Shown: piece by piece, positions 29,725 through 42,275 of the stretch
Layout: each line of letters opens with the position of its first letter
How positions within the stretch are numbered: position 1 is the stretch's first letter
Assembly: GCA_963843575.1 (NCBI GenBank)
Contig: CAWJKZ010000012.1
Coordinates: forward strand, 32,001 to 96,000
Reading direction: 5' to 3'
From: an uncultured Acidobacteriota bacterium
GTDB taxonomy: Bacteria > Acidobacteriota > UBA6911
Length of the DNA stretch: 64,000 bases
Notes under the pieces: generated by a model
The model's input: only the letters and a program-made list of their open reading frames with translations
What the model was told of the DNA's origin: nothing
Databases searched by the model: none
Made by a program: the position numbers and the translations under genes

Positions 29725-29879
29725 CAGAAGTTAAATTCCATTAGAACCTAGTCCGCAGTCCCGTTGGGACGAGTGTCGGGCCGTGATTCTGTCTGAGACG
29801 GCGGCATCCGGCGACGCCTCTGTGACTTCAGACTAACAGCCGACCGTGGTTCTCTCGAATCTTTTGCAGGAGTGATGCC

Positions 29880-30975
29880 ATGACCCGTTCTGTCCGTATG
29901 CTTTCCCTGAGCATTTCTCTCGGCGCGGCCGTCCTCGTTGGACTCCTGTGCGCTCCCGCCGCGATGGCGCTACAGGAAAAAATATCCCCGGTTTCCGACT
30001 ACCAGTACAAGAGGGATTACGCCCAGTACGACAACATAAAAAAGGAAACCGACTGCGCAAAGCGGGTCGAAGCGCTGACCGCCTTCATGAAGGAACACCC
30101 TATCTCGCGGATGCTCCCCTATGTCCAGGCGGACTACCTGGGCTGCGTCAAAACGCACATGGACGCCAAGGACTGGAACAAGGTCATCGCCATGGAAGAG
30201 GCCTTCGTGGCCCTCCTCCCCTCCGAGAAGTCCGTCGAGGCGGCCAAGGTCCCCGAACCCGGAGCGGGCGAGTTCATCAAGACACAGCTGAAGCCGGCCC
30301 GGCAGGGGATGCAGCAGGCGCTCATGGCCGCCTATTTCCAGGCCAACAACATGGCGAAGGCCGCGGAACTGGCGGAGAGCATGTACGCCGAGAGCCAGGA
30401 CAAGAACATGGTGCCCGTCCTGATGCAGATCTATCAGAAGGCGAACCAGGCGGACAAGTTCCTGGTCTACGCCGAGAAGTTAGTCGCGGAATTCCCGATC
30501 GAGCAGAGCTACCAGGCCGCCCTGCAGGTGGCGGCGATCAGCGCGCAGAAAGGCGATCTCCCCAAGGCCGTCGACTACTGCCGGCAAGGTCATGACGGCT
30601 TTCGGCGACAAGGTGCCCGAGGGATTACAGGAATCTCAGTGGAACGCCAGCCGTGCTTTCTCGTATGGATTAATGGGCGCCGCCGCGTACGCAAAAAAGG
30701 ACTACCCCGCGGCGATCGCCGAGTACGAGAAGGTGATCAAGTACGCTCCCAAGGCCGATGACACCCCCTACTACTACATCGGCATGTCCAAGTGGAACAG
30801 CAAGGACCCGGAGGGGGCAATCGAGGCATTCGCCAAGGCGTCGGTCATGGGGAAGGCAAACGCCAAGAAAGCGGAGGACTACCTGCAGCAGCTCTACAAG
30901 GCTCGCCACAACGACAGCCTCGACGGACTCGACCAGGTCAAGGCCAAGGCCAAGGCCGATCTCGGCATCAGCTGA
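29880..30975 (+). CDS. Secreted TPR protein (indel near 30585)
   Basis: Signal peptide; TPR-like helices; LQQLYKARHNDSLDGLD C-terminus. Confidence 0.75.
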
Positions 30976-30988
30976 GTTCACGCCGGCA

Positions 30989-31023
30989 CGGGAGGGCAGG
31001 CCCCACGAACCCCTGCCCTCCCG
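30989..31023 (+). terminator. GC-rich hairpin after the TPR gene
   Basis: cgggagggcagg / cctgccctcccg 12-bp stem; no U tract. Confidence 0.45.
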
Positions 31024-31122
31024 GAGGCGGACTGGAAAAAGGCCGCTTGCTGCTGTAAACTGAGACTCTACACGCTATTCTATCTCTCAAACTTCCGGCG
31101 CTTATCCCGTTACAGGAGCACT

Positions 31123-32467
31123 ATGGCGGAGAAGGACTCCAGGCTGAACAACGCCTCCGGCGAAAAGAAAATCTCGATCCAGGAGGCCCTCGACAAAGAG
31201 GGCGAGCAGCTCCACATCAGCGAGCTGCAGGGCCTGAACATCAAGGATCTGGCGAAGCTCGGCAAAAAGTACAAACTGCCGGACATCGGCAAGATGAGCA
31301 AGCAGGACCTCATCTTCGCCATCCTGCAGGCCCAGGCCGAAAAACACGGTCTCATTTTTTCCGAGGGCGTCCTGGAAGTCGCTGCCCGAAGGCTACGGCT
31401 TTCTGCGGTCCCCGGACTACAGCTACCTCCCCGGCCCGGACGACATCTACATCTCGCCCTCGCAGATCCGCAAGTTCGACCTGCGCACCGGCGACATCGT
31501 CTCCGGCCAGATCCGGATGCCGAACGAAGGGGAACGCTACCTGGCGCTGGTCAAGGTGGACGCCGTCAACTTCGAGCCGCCCGAGGAGGCGCGGCACGCA
31601 GGATCTTCTACGACAACCTGACGCCGCTCTACCCGCACGAGAGGATCCGGCTGGAGACGGTGAAGGACAACCTCTCCGCGCGCGTGATGGACATCTTCAC
31701 GCCGATCGGCAAGGGACAGCGCGGGTTGATCGTGTCGCCGCCGCGCGCCGGCAAGACGATGCTGCTGCAGAACCTGGCGAACTCGATCAGCACCAACCAC
31801 CCGGAGATCTTACCTGATCGTGCTTGCTGATCGACGAGCGGCCGGAAGAGGTGACCGACATGGAACGGTCCGTCAAGGGCGAGGTGATCAGTTCCACGTT
31901 CGACGAGCCCGCCTCGCGCCACGTCCAGGTCGCCGAGATCGTGATGGAAAAGGCCAAGCGCTGGTCGAGCACAAGAAGGACGTCGTCATCCTGCTCGACA
32001 GCATCACGCGCCTCGCGCGCGCCTACAACACCATCGTCCCTTCCAGCGGCAAGGTGCTCTCCGGGCGGCGTCGACGCCAATGCGCTCGAGAAGCCCAAGC
32101 GGTTCTTCGGCGCAGCCCGCAAGATCGAGGAGGGCGGGAGCCTCACCATCATGGCGACCGCCCTGATCGACACCGGCAGCCGCATGGACGACGTGATCTT
32201 CGAGGAGTTCAAGGGCACCGGCAACATGGAGATCATCCTCGACCGCAAACTCGTCGACAAGCGGATTTTCCCGGCCATCGACATCAACCGGTCCGGGACG
32301 CGCAAGGAGGAACTGCTCGTCGAACGCCTCGGACCTGAACAAGATCTGGATCCTGCGCAAGGTCCTCAATCCGTTGTCGATCGACGAAGCCATGGACCTG
32401 CTGCTCGACAAGCTGCGCAAGTCGGACAGCAACGCAGGAATTCCTCACTTCGCTCAACAAAGGCTGA
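31123..32467 (+). CDS. rho: Transcription termination factor Rho (multiple indels)
   Basis: [72 protein letters not shown]. Confidence 0.95.
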
Positions 32468-32565
32468 TCCCGCTATCGGAAGCCTGCCGCGCGCGTCTAC
32501 GGCCATCCGCTCCGCCTCGTGCGCGGCCCCGGGGGAGCCGTAGCCCGGTTGCCTCGGAGAACCAG

Positions 32566-33559
32566 ATGGAACTGGCCGCACACATCCAGACGATCAACGA
32601 AAAGGTCAAGGCCGAAAGCGGCTTCGTCCAGCAGCTCGCCGGCGAGGTGCACCGCGTCATCGTCGGCCAGAAGTACATGGTCGAACGGCTGCTGATCGGC
32701 CTGCTGACCCGCGGCCACATCCTGCTGGAAGGCGTCCCGGGGCTGGCCAAGACGCTGGCCGTCAAGACCCTCTCCTCGGCGATCGACACCCGCTTTCAGC
32801 GCATCCAGTTCACCCCGGACCTCCTTCCGGCCGACCTGATCGGCACCATGATCTTCAACCCCAAGGACGGCACCTTCAGCCCGAAGAAGGGCCCCATCTT
32901 CTCCAACATCATGCTGGCCGACGAGATCAACCGCGCCCCCGCCAAGGTCCAGAGCGCGCTGCTCGAGGCCATGCAGGAACGCCAGGTGACCATCGGCGAG
33001 GCGACCTACCCGCTCGAAGAACCGTTCCTCGTCCTGGCCACCCAGAACCCCATCGAGCAGGAGGGCACCTATCCGCTGCCGGAGGCGCAGATCGACCGGT
33101 TCATGCTCAAGCTGAAGATCGACTACCCCGACCGGAAGGAGGAGCGCCAGATCCTCGACCTCATGGCCAGGGACGAGCCGATCGCCGGTCAGCCAGGTCG
33201 TCAAACCGGCCGACATCCTGCGGGTGCGCGAAGTGGTCAAGGAAATCTACATGGACGAACGATCAAGGACTACATCGTCCAGCTCGTCTTCGCGACCCGG
33301 CGCCCCCAGGAGTTCAAGCTCGACCTGAAAGGACTCATCCAGTTCGGCGCCTCGCCGCGCGCGACGATCTTTCTGGCCCAGGCCTCCCGCGCTCACGCAT
33401 TCGTCAAGGGGCGCGGTTATGTGACACCCGAGGATGTCAAGGCCATCGGGCTCGACGTGCTGCGCCACCGCGTCATCCTGACCTACGAGGCCGAGGCCGA
33501 GGAAGTCACGACCGGAGTCGGTGATCAGCCGCATTTTCGACGCCGTCCAGGTCCCCTAG
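32566..33559 (+). CDS. moxR: MoxR AAA+ ATPase (indels)
   Basis: LLEGVPGLAKT, RIQFTPDLLPAD, LADEINRAPAKVQSALLEAMQE, GASPRA. Confidence 0.9.
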
Positions 33560-33636
33560 GGCAGGCTTGTCCGCTTACCCCGAAGGCTCCAAGGACCCGA
33601 CGAAGCACGGGCCGAGGCGCACAACACCGGGTTCCC

Positions 33637-34515
<879 letters not shown>

Positions 34516-34539
34516 CGGTCCGGCCTTCGATGACGTCCC

Positions 34540-35600
34540 ATGACAAACACGTGCCGACCCCTTGCGGGCCGGGACCCTCACCCGCCTCCTCCGCTGCGCC
34601 CTGGCCTGCCTCGGCCTGCAACGCCCTGGCCCTCTTCGCCGCGGCCCAGATCCAGCCCGCCGCGCCCGCCCTGCCCGCCGGGCGTCCGGGTCGGCATCAG
34701 CGCACAACCGAAGACCGCCACCGTGGGCGACCCGATCACCATCGAGGTGGACGTGACGCACCCCGCCGGTTACCGGGTGCAGATGCCGAAACCCGGCGCA
34801 CAGCTGGGCGACTTCACCCTCCTCGAGTTCGCCCCCGCGCCCAGCGCCCGCAGGCGACGCCGCGAGCCGAGTCCGCCACCGGGCACGACAGGCTGCGGCT
34901 GGCGGTCGCCGTCTACAAGACGGGCACGTTCACGCTGCCCCCCCTCTCGCTCACCGTGACGGCCCCCGACGGCAAGGAGTTCCCGGCGACCACCCCCGAG
35001 GTGAGCGTGACGATCCAATCGGTACTCACCGACAAGGACACGGCCCTGAAAGGCCTCAAAAACCAGGCCGAGATCGAAGAGCCCTTCCCCTGGCGCACGT
35101 GGCTGGCCGCGCCTCGGCGGTGCTGCTGGGCGGCATCGCTCGCGTGGTGGCTGCTGCGACGGCGACGACGCCTGCGACGCCTTTCCGGAGCCCGGCGCCA
35201 ACCGCAACTCAGTCCGCTCGAGATCGCCGAAGTCGAACTGCGCGATCTGGCCGCGCGCGGACTGGTCGAGAAGGGGCACGATGAAGCAGTTCTACGTGAG
35301 CCTCTCCGACATCCTGCGCATGATACTCGAAGGCGGTTTCTCGGTGACGACCGCCGAGAAGACGACGACGGAAATCGTCGAGGCCCTGCACGACAGGCGC
35401 CAGCCCGAAGCCGGACGACGCGCGGCTGTCCTCCATCGAGGCCCTCCTGATGGAGTGCGACCTCGTCAAGTTCGCCAAGTTCGTCCCCCCGCGCGAGGAG
35501 GCGGCCGCGGCCCTGAAGGCCGCCATCGAGCTGCTCGGTTTCTGCAAGGCGCTGCGGGCCGCCCCGGCCCCCAGCAGCCCCGGCGGTGGAGGTGAAGTGA
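34540..35600 (+). CDS. Bat-operon membrane protein with a BatD-like N-terminus (heavily frameshifted)
   Basis: TATVGDPIT, TGTFTLPPL, TM segment, FYVSLSDILR, EKTTTEI, CDLVKFAK. Confidence 0.65.
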
Positions 35601-36589
35601 TGCACTTCGCGAGCCCGTGGGCCCTGGCCATGCTTGCCGTGGTGCCCGCCCTCGTCTGGCGCTACGTACGCAGGCTGCGCCGCGGCGAGGGGAGCCTGCG
35701 CTTTGCCTCGACCCTTGCACTGGAAGGGGTTCGCCCGCCCTGGACCGTGCGCGCCCGCCACTGCATCTTCGGCGCGAAAATGGTCGCCCTGCTCCTGGCG
35801 ATCGTCGCCATCGCGCGGCCGCAGGAGGGAACAGCCGAGGAGGAAATCCTCACCGAGGGCGTGGATATCGTGGTGGCGCTGGACGCCTCCGGGAGCATGG
35901 CCGCCGAGGACTTCGAGCCCCAGAACCGTCTGTTTGTCGCCAAGACGGTCGTCCGCAAGTTCGTCGAAGGGTCCCGGCAGGACCGCATCGGGCTGGTCGT
36001 CTTCGCGGGCAAGGCGTTTACCCGCTGCCCGCTGACGCTCGACTACGGCGTGCTGTTGAACGTTTTGGAAGACGTGCGGCTCGGGACCATCGAGGACGGT
36101 ACCGCGATCGGCAACGGGCTCGCCACCTGCCTCAACCGGCTGCGCGAAAGCAGGGCCAGATCCAAGGTGATCATCCTGGCCACCGACGGCGTCAACAACC
36201 GCGGCGAAATCCAGCCGCTCGACGCCGCCCAGATGGCCAAGGCGCTCGGAGTCAAAATCTACACCATCGGCGTCGGCAGCCAGGGCACGGCCCGTTTCCC
36301 GGTGGACGATGCCAACTACGGCAGGGTCTATGTCAACCTGCCCGTGGAAATCGACGAGTCGTCACTGACACGGATCGCAGAAAGCACGGGGGGCATTTAT
36401 TACCGGGCGACCGATCGCCCCTCGCTCGAGCGGATCTTCCAGGAGATCGGCCGCCTGGAAAAAACCCGCGTAGAGGTCAAGACCTACACCCATTACAACG
36501 AACGTTACCATGAACTGCTGCTCCCCGCCCTCGGCCTCGTGTTCGCCGCCACGCTGGCGGGTTTCAGCCGGTTCGGCAAGCTGCCCTGA
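35600..36589 (+). CDS. batA: BatA VWA protein
   Basis: MHFASPW, DASGSMAAED, DRIGLVVF, TDGVNN, YYRAT. Confidence 0.85.
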   Translation: MHFASPWALAMLAVVPALVWRYVRRLRRGEGSLRFASTLALEGVRPPWTVRARHCIFGAKMVALLLAIVAIARPQEGTAEEEILTEGVDIVVALDASGSMAAEDFEPQNRLFVAKTVVRKFVEGSRQDRIGLVVFAGKAFTRCPLTLDYGVLLNVLEDVRLGTIEDGTAIGNGLATCLNRLRESRARSKVIILATDGVNNRGEIQPLDAAQMAKALGVKIYTIGVGSQGTARFPVDDANYGRVYVNLPVEIDESSLTRIAESTGGIYYRATDRPSLERIFQEIGRLEKTRVEVKTYTHYNERYHELLLPALGLVFAATLAGFSRFGKLP

Positions 36590-36595
36590 TACGCC

Positions 36596-37639
36596 ATGCA
36601 CTTTGCGCGTCCCGGATTCCTGATGCTTCTCTGGCTCGTGCCCGCGCTCGCCCTCTTCTTCGTCTTCGCCTTGAGGAGCCGGCGAAAAAGGCTGGAGCGG
36701 CTGATTTCCCCCGCACTCGTGCCCCAGCTCACCACCGAATACAGTCGCGCCCGAACCGTCCTGCGCGCGCTGCTGCTGCTGGGGGCGTTCACCTTCGGCA
36801 TCCTCGCACTGGCGCGCCCGCAGTGGGGCGCCCGGCTCGAGACAGTTCGACGCCGGGGCGTCGACATCATGGTCGCCCTGGATACCTCTTACAGCATGAA
36901 TGCCGAGGATGTCGCACCGACCCGTTTGGCGAAGGCCAAACGCGAGATCCACGCGCTGCTGGGCAGGCTCAAGGGCGACCGGATCGGCCTGCTCAGCTTT
37001 GCCGGAACGGCCCTCGTCCAGTGCCCGCTCACGCTGGACTATGGCGCCGCCGCCCTGTTTCTCGACATGGCCAACACCGAGACGATCCCCGAGCCCGGGA
37101 CCTCCCTGGCCGCCGCGATCGAAGCAGCCAACTCCGCATTCATCGCTAAGGAAAGAAAGTACAAGGCCCTCGTCATGATGACGGACGGCGAGGACTTGCA
37201 GGGGCAGGTCGACGATGCGGTCGAAAAGGCGAAGGCCGCGGGGATTATCATCTACACCATCGGCGTGGGCACCCCGGAAGGCAAGCCCATCCCCGTACGA
37301 GACCCGCAAGGCAATATAGTAGAATATCGCAAGGACCCCAACGGCCAGATCGTCATCAGCAGCCTCGACGAGAGAGCCCTGGCCCGGATCGCAGAGGCCA
37401 CCGGGGGGCGCTATTACAGGGCCACCACCTCCGAGAGCGAACTGGATGAACTATACGACGAGGTTTCACAGCTGGAGAAGAAAGATCTCGAATCCAGGCT
37501 GTTTCAAAACTATGAGGATCAGTTCCAGTACCCCCTCGGGCTGGCGCTGCTGTTCCTTGCGGCCGAGGCGTGGATCACCGAACGGCGCACCTCGCGCCCT
37601 TCCCGCCGGCAACGGCTGCGTGAGTCCGATGCTGATTGA
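36596..37639 (+). CDS. batB: BatB VWA protein
   Basis: ALARPQWG, DTSYSMNAEDVAPTRL, TDGED. Confidence 0.85.
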   Translation: MHFARPGFLMLLWLVPALALFFVFALRSRRKRLERLISPALVPQLTTEYSRARTVLRALLLLGAFTFGILALARPQWGARLETVRRRGVDIMVALDTSYSMNAEDVAPTRLAKAKREIHALLGRLKGDRIGLLSFAGTALVQCPLTLDYGAAALFLDMANTETIPEPGTSLAAAIEAANSAFIAKERKYKALVMMTDGEDLQGQVDDAVEKAKAAGIIIYTIGVGTPEGKPIPVRDPQGNIVEYRKDPNGQIVISSLDERALARIAEATGGRYYRATTSESELDELYDEVSQLEKKDLESRLFQNYEDQFQYPLGLALLFLAAEAWITERRTSRPSRRQRLRESDAD

Positions 37640-38537
37640 AACGCCCCTGCTCGACTGGGTCTCGGCTTCGGCCAGGACGATATCAGGACCGTGCGTGCCG
37701 TTTAGCAGGCACCGTGTGGCAGCGGCAAGAAAAACGTCCGGCCTGAAGCCCGGACCCGCCGGCTCTGCGCAAACTGCCGCGGCGCGGGCGGCGCTTGCCC
37801 TGTTGCTCGGGCTCGGGCTTGGGGCTGCCGCGGCTGCAAACGCCGCCTCTGTCGCATCACGAAACCGGCAGGGCAACCGCCTTTACGCCGAGGGCAAGTA
37901 CCAGGAAGCCGAGAAGGCGTACCTGGAGGCACAGGCGGCGGAGCCGTCCAGGCCGGAATTGATCTACAACCTCGGCAACACCCTCCTGAGGCAGAAGAAA
38001 TACGACCAGGCGGTCCAGGCCCTCAACCAGGCGGTCGGCAAGGGCAACCGCGGCCTCCAGGGGAACGCCTGGTACAACCTCGGCAACGCGCTGTTTGAAA
38101 CCGGGAAATACAGGAACGCGGCCGATGCCTACGTCCAGACCCTCCGGATCAACCCCGCCGACCACGAGGCCAAGCAGAACCTCGAACTCGCCCTGCGCAA
38201 GCTCCAGGAACAACAGAAGCAGCAGGCGGCAGGGGGAGACCGCAACCCGCAGCAGCAGAACCAGGACCAATCGTCCCGGAAGAACGAGTCTGCGGGAAAG
38301 GACGAGGACAAGCGGTCCGACAAGCAGGAAAACCAGCAGAGCCGCTCCGGCCCGGAACAGAAGCAACAGGAACAGCCCGCCAATCCGCAGGCGACCCAGG
38401 CCGACGGGCGTGAAGGGGGACTAAGCAGGGAACGGGCGCTGCAGATCCTGGACGCCCTGCAGAACCAGGAACTGGCCGACCAGCGTAAACTGCTGGAGCG
38501 CCAGGCACGACGAAAAGCGATAGGGAAGGACTGGTGA
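37629..38537 (+). CDS. batC: BatC TPR protein
   Basis: YNLGN repeats, Q-rich linker, ALQILDAL...KDW; start uncertain. Confidence 0.8.
   Translation: MLIETPLLDWVSASARTISGPCVPFSRHRVAAARKTSGLKPGPAGSAQTAAARAALALLLGLGLGAAAAANAASVASRNRQGNRLYAEGKYQEAEKAYLEAQAAEPSRPELIYNLGNTLLRQKKYDQAVQALNQAVGKGNRGLQGNAWYNLGNALFETGKYRNAADAYVQTLRINPADHEAKQNLELALRKLQEQQKQQAAGGDRNPQQQNQDQSSRKNESAGKDEDKRSDKQENQQSRSGPEQKQQEQPANPQATQADGREGGLSRERALQILDALQNQELADQRKLLERQARRKAIGKDW
37731..37757. repeat. Single REP within the batC 5' region
   Basis: aaaacgtccggcctgaagcccggaccc. Confidence 0.7.
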
Positions 38538-40372
38538 GGTCAACGCGCCCAATCCAAATCCATGCGCTCCTGTTGCTGACGGCCGTGGCGCTTTTCTGCC
38601 CGGCGGCGCCCGCGCAGGACGTGCAGGTCAGCGCATCGACAGGCTCCGAAGAGGTGGGGGCACTGGAACAGTTCGACCTGACCATCCAGGTATCGGGCCG
38701 GGACAGCGGCGACGCGGAAACGCCCCAGTTGCCTCGTCTGAGCGGGTTCCAGGTCGTCGGGGGCCCGAACGTCAGCACCAGCTTCCAGTGGATCAACGGC
38801 ACCGTCAGCAGCTCCAAGACCTTCACCTACACCCTGCTGCCCGGTAAGGAGGGTCAGTTCACGATAGATCCGGTCGAGGTGCGGGTCGGCGGCAAGACCT
38901 ATCGCACCGCGCCCGTGCCCATCCGCGTCGTGCCGGGTCAGGGGAGGCCCCGTCCTGCGCCGCGCCAGAGGCTCGATCCGTTCTTCGAGGAGGAACCGCA
39001 GGACGCACGCAGCCGGGTGGCACAGGACGATCTGTTCGTCGTCGCGGAACTCGATCGCGCTGCGGTCTTCGTGGGCCAGCAGGCCACGCTCTCGTACCAC
39101 CTGCTCACGCGCGTCGGCGTGACCGGGGTGCAACTGCAGGACAGCCCGCCGCTGTCGGGCTTCTGGCTGGAAGACCTCGAGGTCCCCAAGGACCCCACCG
39201 GCACCCGCCGAACAGTTGGAGGCAGGGAGTACGTCGACTTCGTTTTGAAAAGGCAGGCCCTGTTTCCGACCAGCACGGGGTCCCTGAAGATTCCCCCGTC
39301 GACCTTCGCGATTTCGGCCAAGACGCCGGGCGATTTCTTCGGCGTGTTCGGCCGGACCGAAACCCTCTACCGCAAATCGAAAGAACTGGCCCTGGAGGCG
39401 CAACCCCTGCCCCCGCACGGGAAGCCCGCGGGATTCTCCAATGCGGTCGGCGCCTTCAATCTCACGATGAGCACCGACAAGGATCACGCCACCACGGGCG
39501 AGGCCGTGGCCCTGCGGGTCCGACTCGAGGGACGCGGCAACCTGAAGATGATCCCGGACATCGCCTTGCCCCCCATACCAGACTTCACAGTCTACCCCGC
39601 CAAGCGCGCCGACAACATCCGGCCGTTCGAAGGCAGCCTGATCGGCGGGGATAAGACCTGGGAATATGTCGTGGTCCCGAAGGTAGCGGGCCGGCAGGTG
39701 ATCCCGCCGCTGTCGTTTTCTTATTTCGATCCTGCAAAACAGGCCTTCGAGACCGTCAGCACACAGCCGATCACACTGGAAGTAGCCCGCGGCGACAGCC
39801 CCGGCGATTCCGGCGGCGGGCTGGCGGGGCTGAGCAAGCAGAACCTCACGCGCCAGGGCACGGACATCAACTTCATCAAGCTGACGACCGACGACCTCAA
39901 ACCCGGGCAGGTCCCGCCGTATCGTTTGTGGTGGTTTTATGCGCTCGCCGCGGTCCCGGTGTCGTTCAACCTCGGCGCCTACCTCTACCAGAGGCGGCGC
40001 GTGAAGGAATCTGGCGACCTTGCTGGGGCGCGCAGTCGCAAAGCACGCCGGGTGGCCCTGGCCAGGCTCAGGAGAGCCGAGGCGTCGGGGGGGGCCGACC
40101 CGCGCCGCTTCTACGACGAAACTGCCACTGCGATTTCCGGGTACCTCGCCGACCGCTTCAATCTTCCTGAAATCGCCGTGACAAGCGATTCGCTGGAACG
40201 CACCCTGGCGGAAAAGAACGTCACCCCGGAGGCCGTCGCGGAAGTCGTCTCGTGTCTGCGCGAATGCGATTTCGGCCGGTTCGTGTCGGCCTCGCCCTCG
40301 TCGGTCTCGATGCGGGCCCTCTCCGGGAGAATCAGGGCCACGGTCGAAAAACTGGAGCGAACCGGCCGATGA
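38534..40372 (+). CDS. batD: BatD protein
   Basis: GPNVSTSFQWING, AVGAF, GRGNL, SYFDP; TM; CDFGRF. Confidence 0.85.
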   Translation: MRSTRPIQIHALLLLTAVALFCPAAPAQDVQVSASTGSEEVGALEQFDLTIQVSGRDSGDAETPQLPRLSGFQVVGGPNVSTSFQWINGTVSSSKTFTYTLLPGKEGQFTIDPVEVRVGGKTYRTAPVPIRVVPGQGRPRPAPRQRLDPFFEEEPQDARSRVAQDDLFVVAELDRAAVFVGQQATLSYHLLTRVGVTGVQLQDSPPLSGFWLEDLEVPKDPTGTRRTVGGREYVDFVLKRQALFPTSTGSLKIPPSTFAISAKTPGDFFGVFGRTETLYRKSKELALEAQPLPPHGKPAGFSNAVGAFNLTMSTDKDHATTGEAVALRVRLEGRGNLKMIPDIALPPIPDFTVYPAKRADNIRPFEGSLIGGDKTWEYVVVPKVAGRQVIPPLSFSYFDPAKQAFETVSTQPITLEVARGDSPGDSGGGLAGLSKQNLTRQGTDINFIKLTTDDLKPGQVPPYRLWWFYALAAVPVSFNLGAYLYQRRRVKESGDLAGARSRKARRVALARLRRAEASGGADPRRFYDETATAISGYLADRFNLPEIAVTSDSLERTLAEKNVTPEAVAEVVSCLRECDFGRFVSASPSSVSMRALSGRIRATVEKLERTGR

Positions 40373-41145
40373 AGCGTTATCCCTTGATCCTCGTCCTCCT
40401 GCTCGCCTGCGTCGGGCCGGCCCGCCCGGAGATCGCACCGAGCCCTGAAGCGCTGGCCCGCACCTTCGCCGAGGCCAACGGCGCCTATCAGAAGGGCGAT
40501 TATGGCGCCGCGGAGCTGCTCTACCGAAAGCTGCTGGACGCGACCGTCGACAGCGGAGCCGTTTATTACAACCTCGGGAACATCTGTTTCAAGCAAAGGA
40601 GGTTGGGCGAAGCCATATACTACTGGGAGAAGGCGCGGCGCAAAATGCCCGGGGACCGCGACGTCCGGGAAAACCTCGAACTGGCGAACCTGATGATCAT
40701 CGACCGGATCGAAGTGCAGCCCGCTCCCTTCCCCGTGCGCATGGCTGCACGCTTCACCAACCTGCTCGGCATCGCGCAGGAAAGCTGGCTGGTCCTGCTG
40801 CTCTTCACGACCGCGAACCTGCTGTTCGGGTTCTATCTGCTGGCACGCAACTGGCGGCACGCCTTCCGGGCCCTGGTCGGCATGCTGGGCGCCCTTGCGC
40901 TGCTGCTGGTTTTCGGCGCCTCGCTCGGCTGGAAGATCTACCACGGCGCGCAGAACCGGGAAGGCGTCGTCGTCGAAGCCAAGGCGGATGTCCGGAGCGG
41001 CCCGGGCAACGACAACGTCACGGTCTTTACTGTGCACGAGGGGATCCTGGTGCAGGTGCGGGGGGCCGCCGGAGACTGGTTCCAGGTCAGCCTGCCCAAC
41101 GGCTGGAGCGGTTGGGTCCAGGCCCGCGCGCTCCGCATCCTCTGA
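40369..41145 (+). CDS. batE: BatE (TPR plus SH3b)
   Basis: YYNLGN, TM pair, VRSGPG...HEG...GWV. Confidence 0.8.
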   Translation: MKRYPLILVLLLACVGPARPEIAPSPEALARTFAEANGAYQKGDYGAAELLYRKLLDATVDSGAVYYNLGNICFKQRRLGEAIYYWEKARRKMPGDRDVRENLELANLMIIDRIEVQPAPFPVRMAARFTNLLGIAQESWLVLLLFTTANLLFGFYLLARNWRHAFRALVGMLGALALLLVFGASLGWKIYHGAQNREGVVVEAKADVRSGPGNDNVTVFTVHEGILVQVRGAAGDWFQVSLPNGWSGWVQARALRIL

Positions 41146-41214
41146 AACCGGCGGCCGTCGAGTCCTCGGGTCGGGACGCCGACGCACGAAGCTGGATTAC
41201 GACGGAGACAGGCC

Positions 41215-42210
41215 ATGGCCAAGATCAAGTGGGGCGTCTTAGGGTGCGCCAGTTTCGCGCGCAGGCGTACGATCCCCGCACTGTTGACGACCCCCTCGGC
41301 GGAACTGGTCGGGGTCGCCAGCCGCAACCGCGAAAAGTCGGAGTCCTTCCGCGCGGATTTCGGGCTGCCCCGGGCCTTTGGCAGCTACGAGGAGATGATC
41401 GAGGACCCGGAGATCCAGGCCGTCTACATCCCGCTGCCAAACGGGCTGCACGGGGAGTGGACGATCAAGGCGGCGCGGGCGCGAAAGCACTGCGTGACCG
41501 AGAAACCGTTTGCAGCGAATGCCGCGGAGGCGCGCGAGGTGGCCAGCGTGGCGGCGCAGGAAGGCGTCTTCGTGACGGAAGCATTCATGTGGCGCCTGCA
41601 CGAGCAGCACCTCGCCGCGCGCACCGCGATAGCCGACGGGGCGATCGGTCCGGTCCGGCTTGTGCGCAGCTCTTTCACCTACCCGATCGCGCGCCAGCCC
41701 AATGTCCGGCTGGTGCCGTCGCTGGCCGGCGGGTGCGTCATGGACATCGGATGCTACCCCGTCAGCGCCGCCCGGTATTACTTCGGCTCGGAGCCGACCG
41801 TGGCGTATGCGCGCGGCAGCATCGACCCGGAGTACGGCGTGGACATGCGGGTCGGCGGGGTGCTCGAGTTCCCCGAGGGGCGCGCCCTGTTCGATTGCGG
41901 GTTCGACCTTCCCTTCCGCGTCGATCTCGAAGTAGTGGGCGAGACAGGCATCCTGCGGGTCCCGAAACCCTGGCTCCCGGACCCCGAGGCGGTTATCAGC
42001 ATCAACGGCGAGGAACGAAAGTTCCCCGAGCAGAACCAGTATGTCAGCCAGTTCGAGCAGTTCTCCCAGTCGATCCTGCGCGGAACCCTCCCGCCGTACG
42101 GCCCGGAGGACGCCGTCCTGCAGATGTCCGCCATCGATGCCGTGCTCCGGTCGGTCCGAAGCGGCAGCCCGGAGCCGGTGGGCGGGGGCGGCCCGACCCC
42201 GCCCCGCTGA
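41215..42210 (+). CDS. Gfo/Idh/MocA oxidoreductase
   Basis: WGVLGCA, YIPLPNGLH, TEKPFA, MDIGCY. Confidence 0.9.
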   Translation: MAKIKWGVLGCASFARRRTIPALLTTPSAELVGVASRNREKSESFRADFGLPRAFGSYEEMIEDPEIQAVYIPLPNGLHGEWTIKAARARKHCVTEKPFAANAAEAREVASVAAQEGVFVTEAFMWRLHEQHLAARTAIADGAIGPVRLVRSSFTYPIARQPNVRLVPSLAGGCVMDIGCYPVSAARYYFGSEPTVAYARGSIDPEYGVDMRVGGVLEFPEGRALFDCGFDLPFRVDLEVVGETGILRVPKPWLPDPEAVISINGEERKFPEQNQYVSQFEQFSQSILRGTLPPYGPEDAVLQMSAIDAVLRSVRSGSPEPVGGGGPTPPR

Positions 42211-42275
42211 TCCGTTGATTGTAGATCCGGAGCCGCGTCGAGCCGCCGCGGCCCACTCGGCCCGGCCAGACGACC

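Noticed and set aside
29721-29879. TTGACA promoter and a structured leader before the TPR gene
   Set aside because: No convincing -10 at 16-18 bp spacing and no recognisable riboswitch motif
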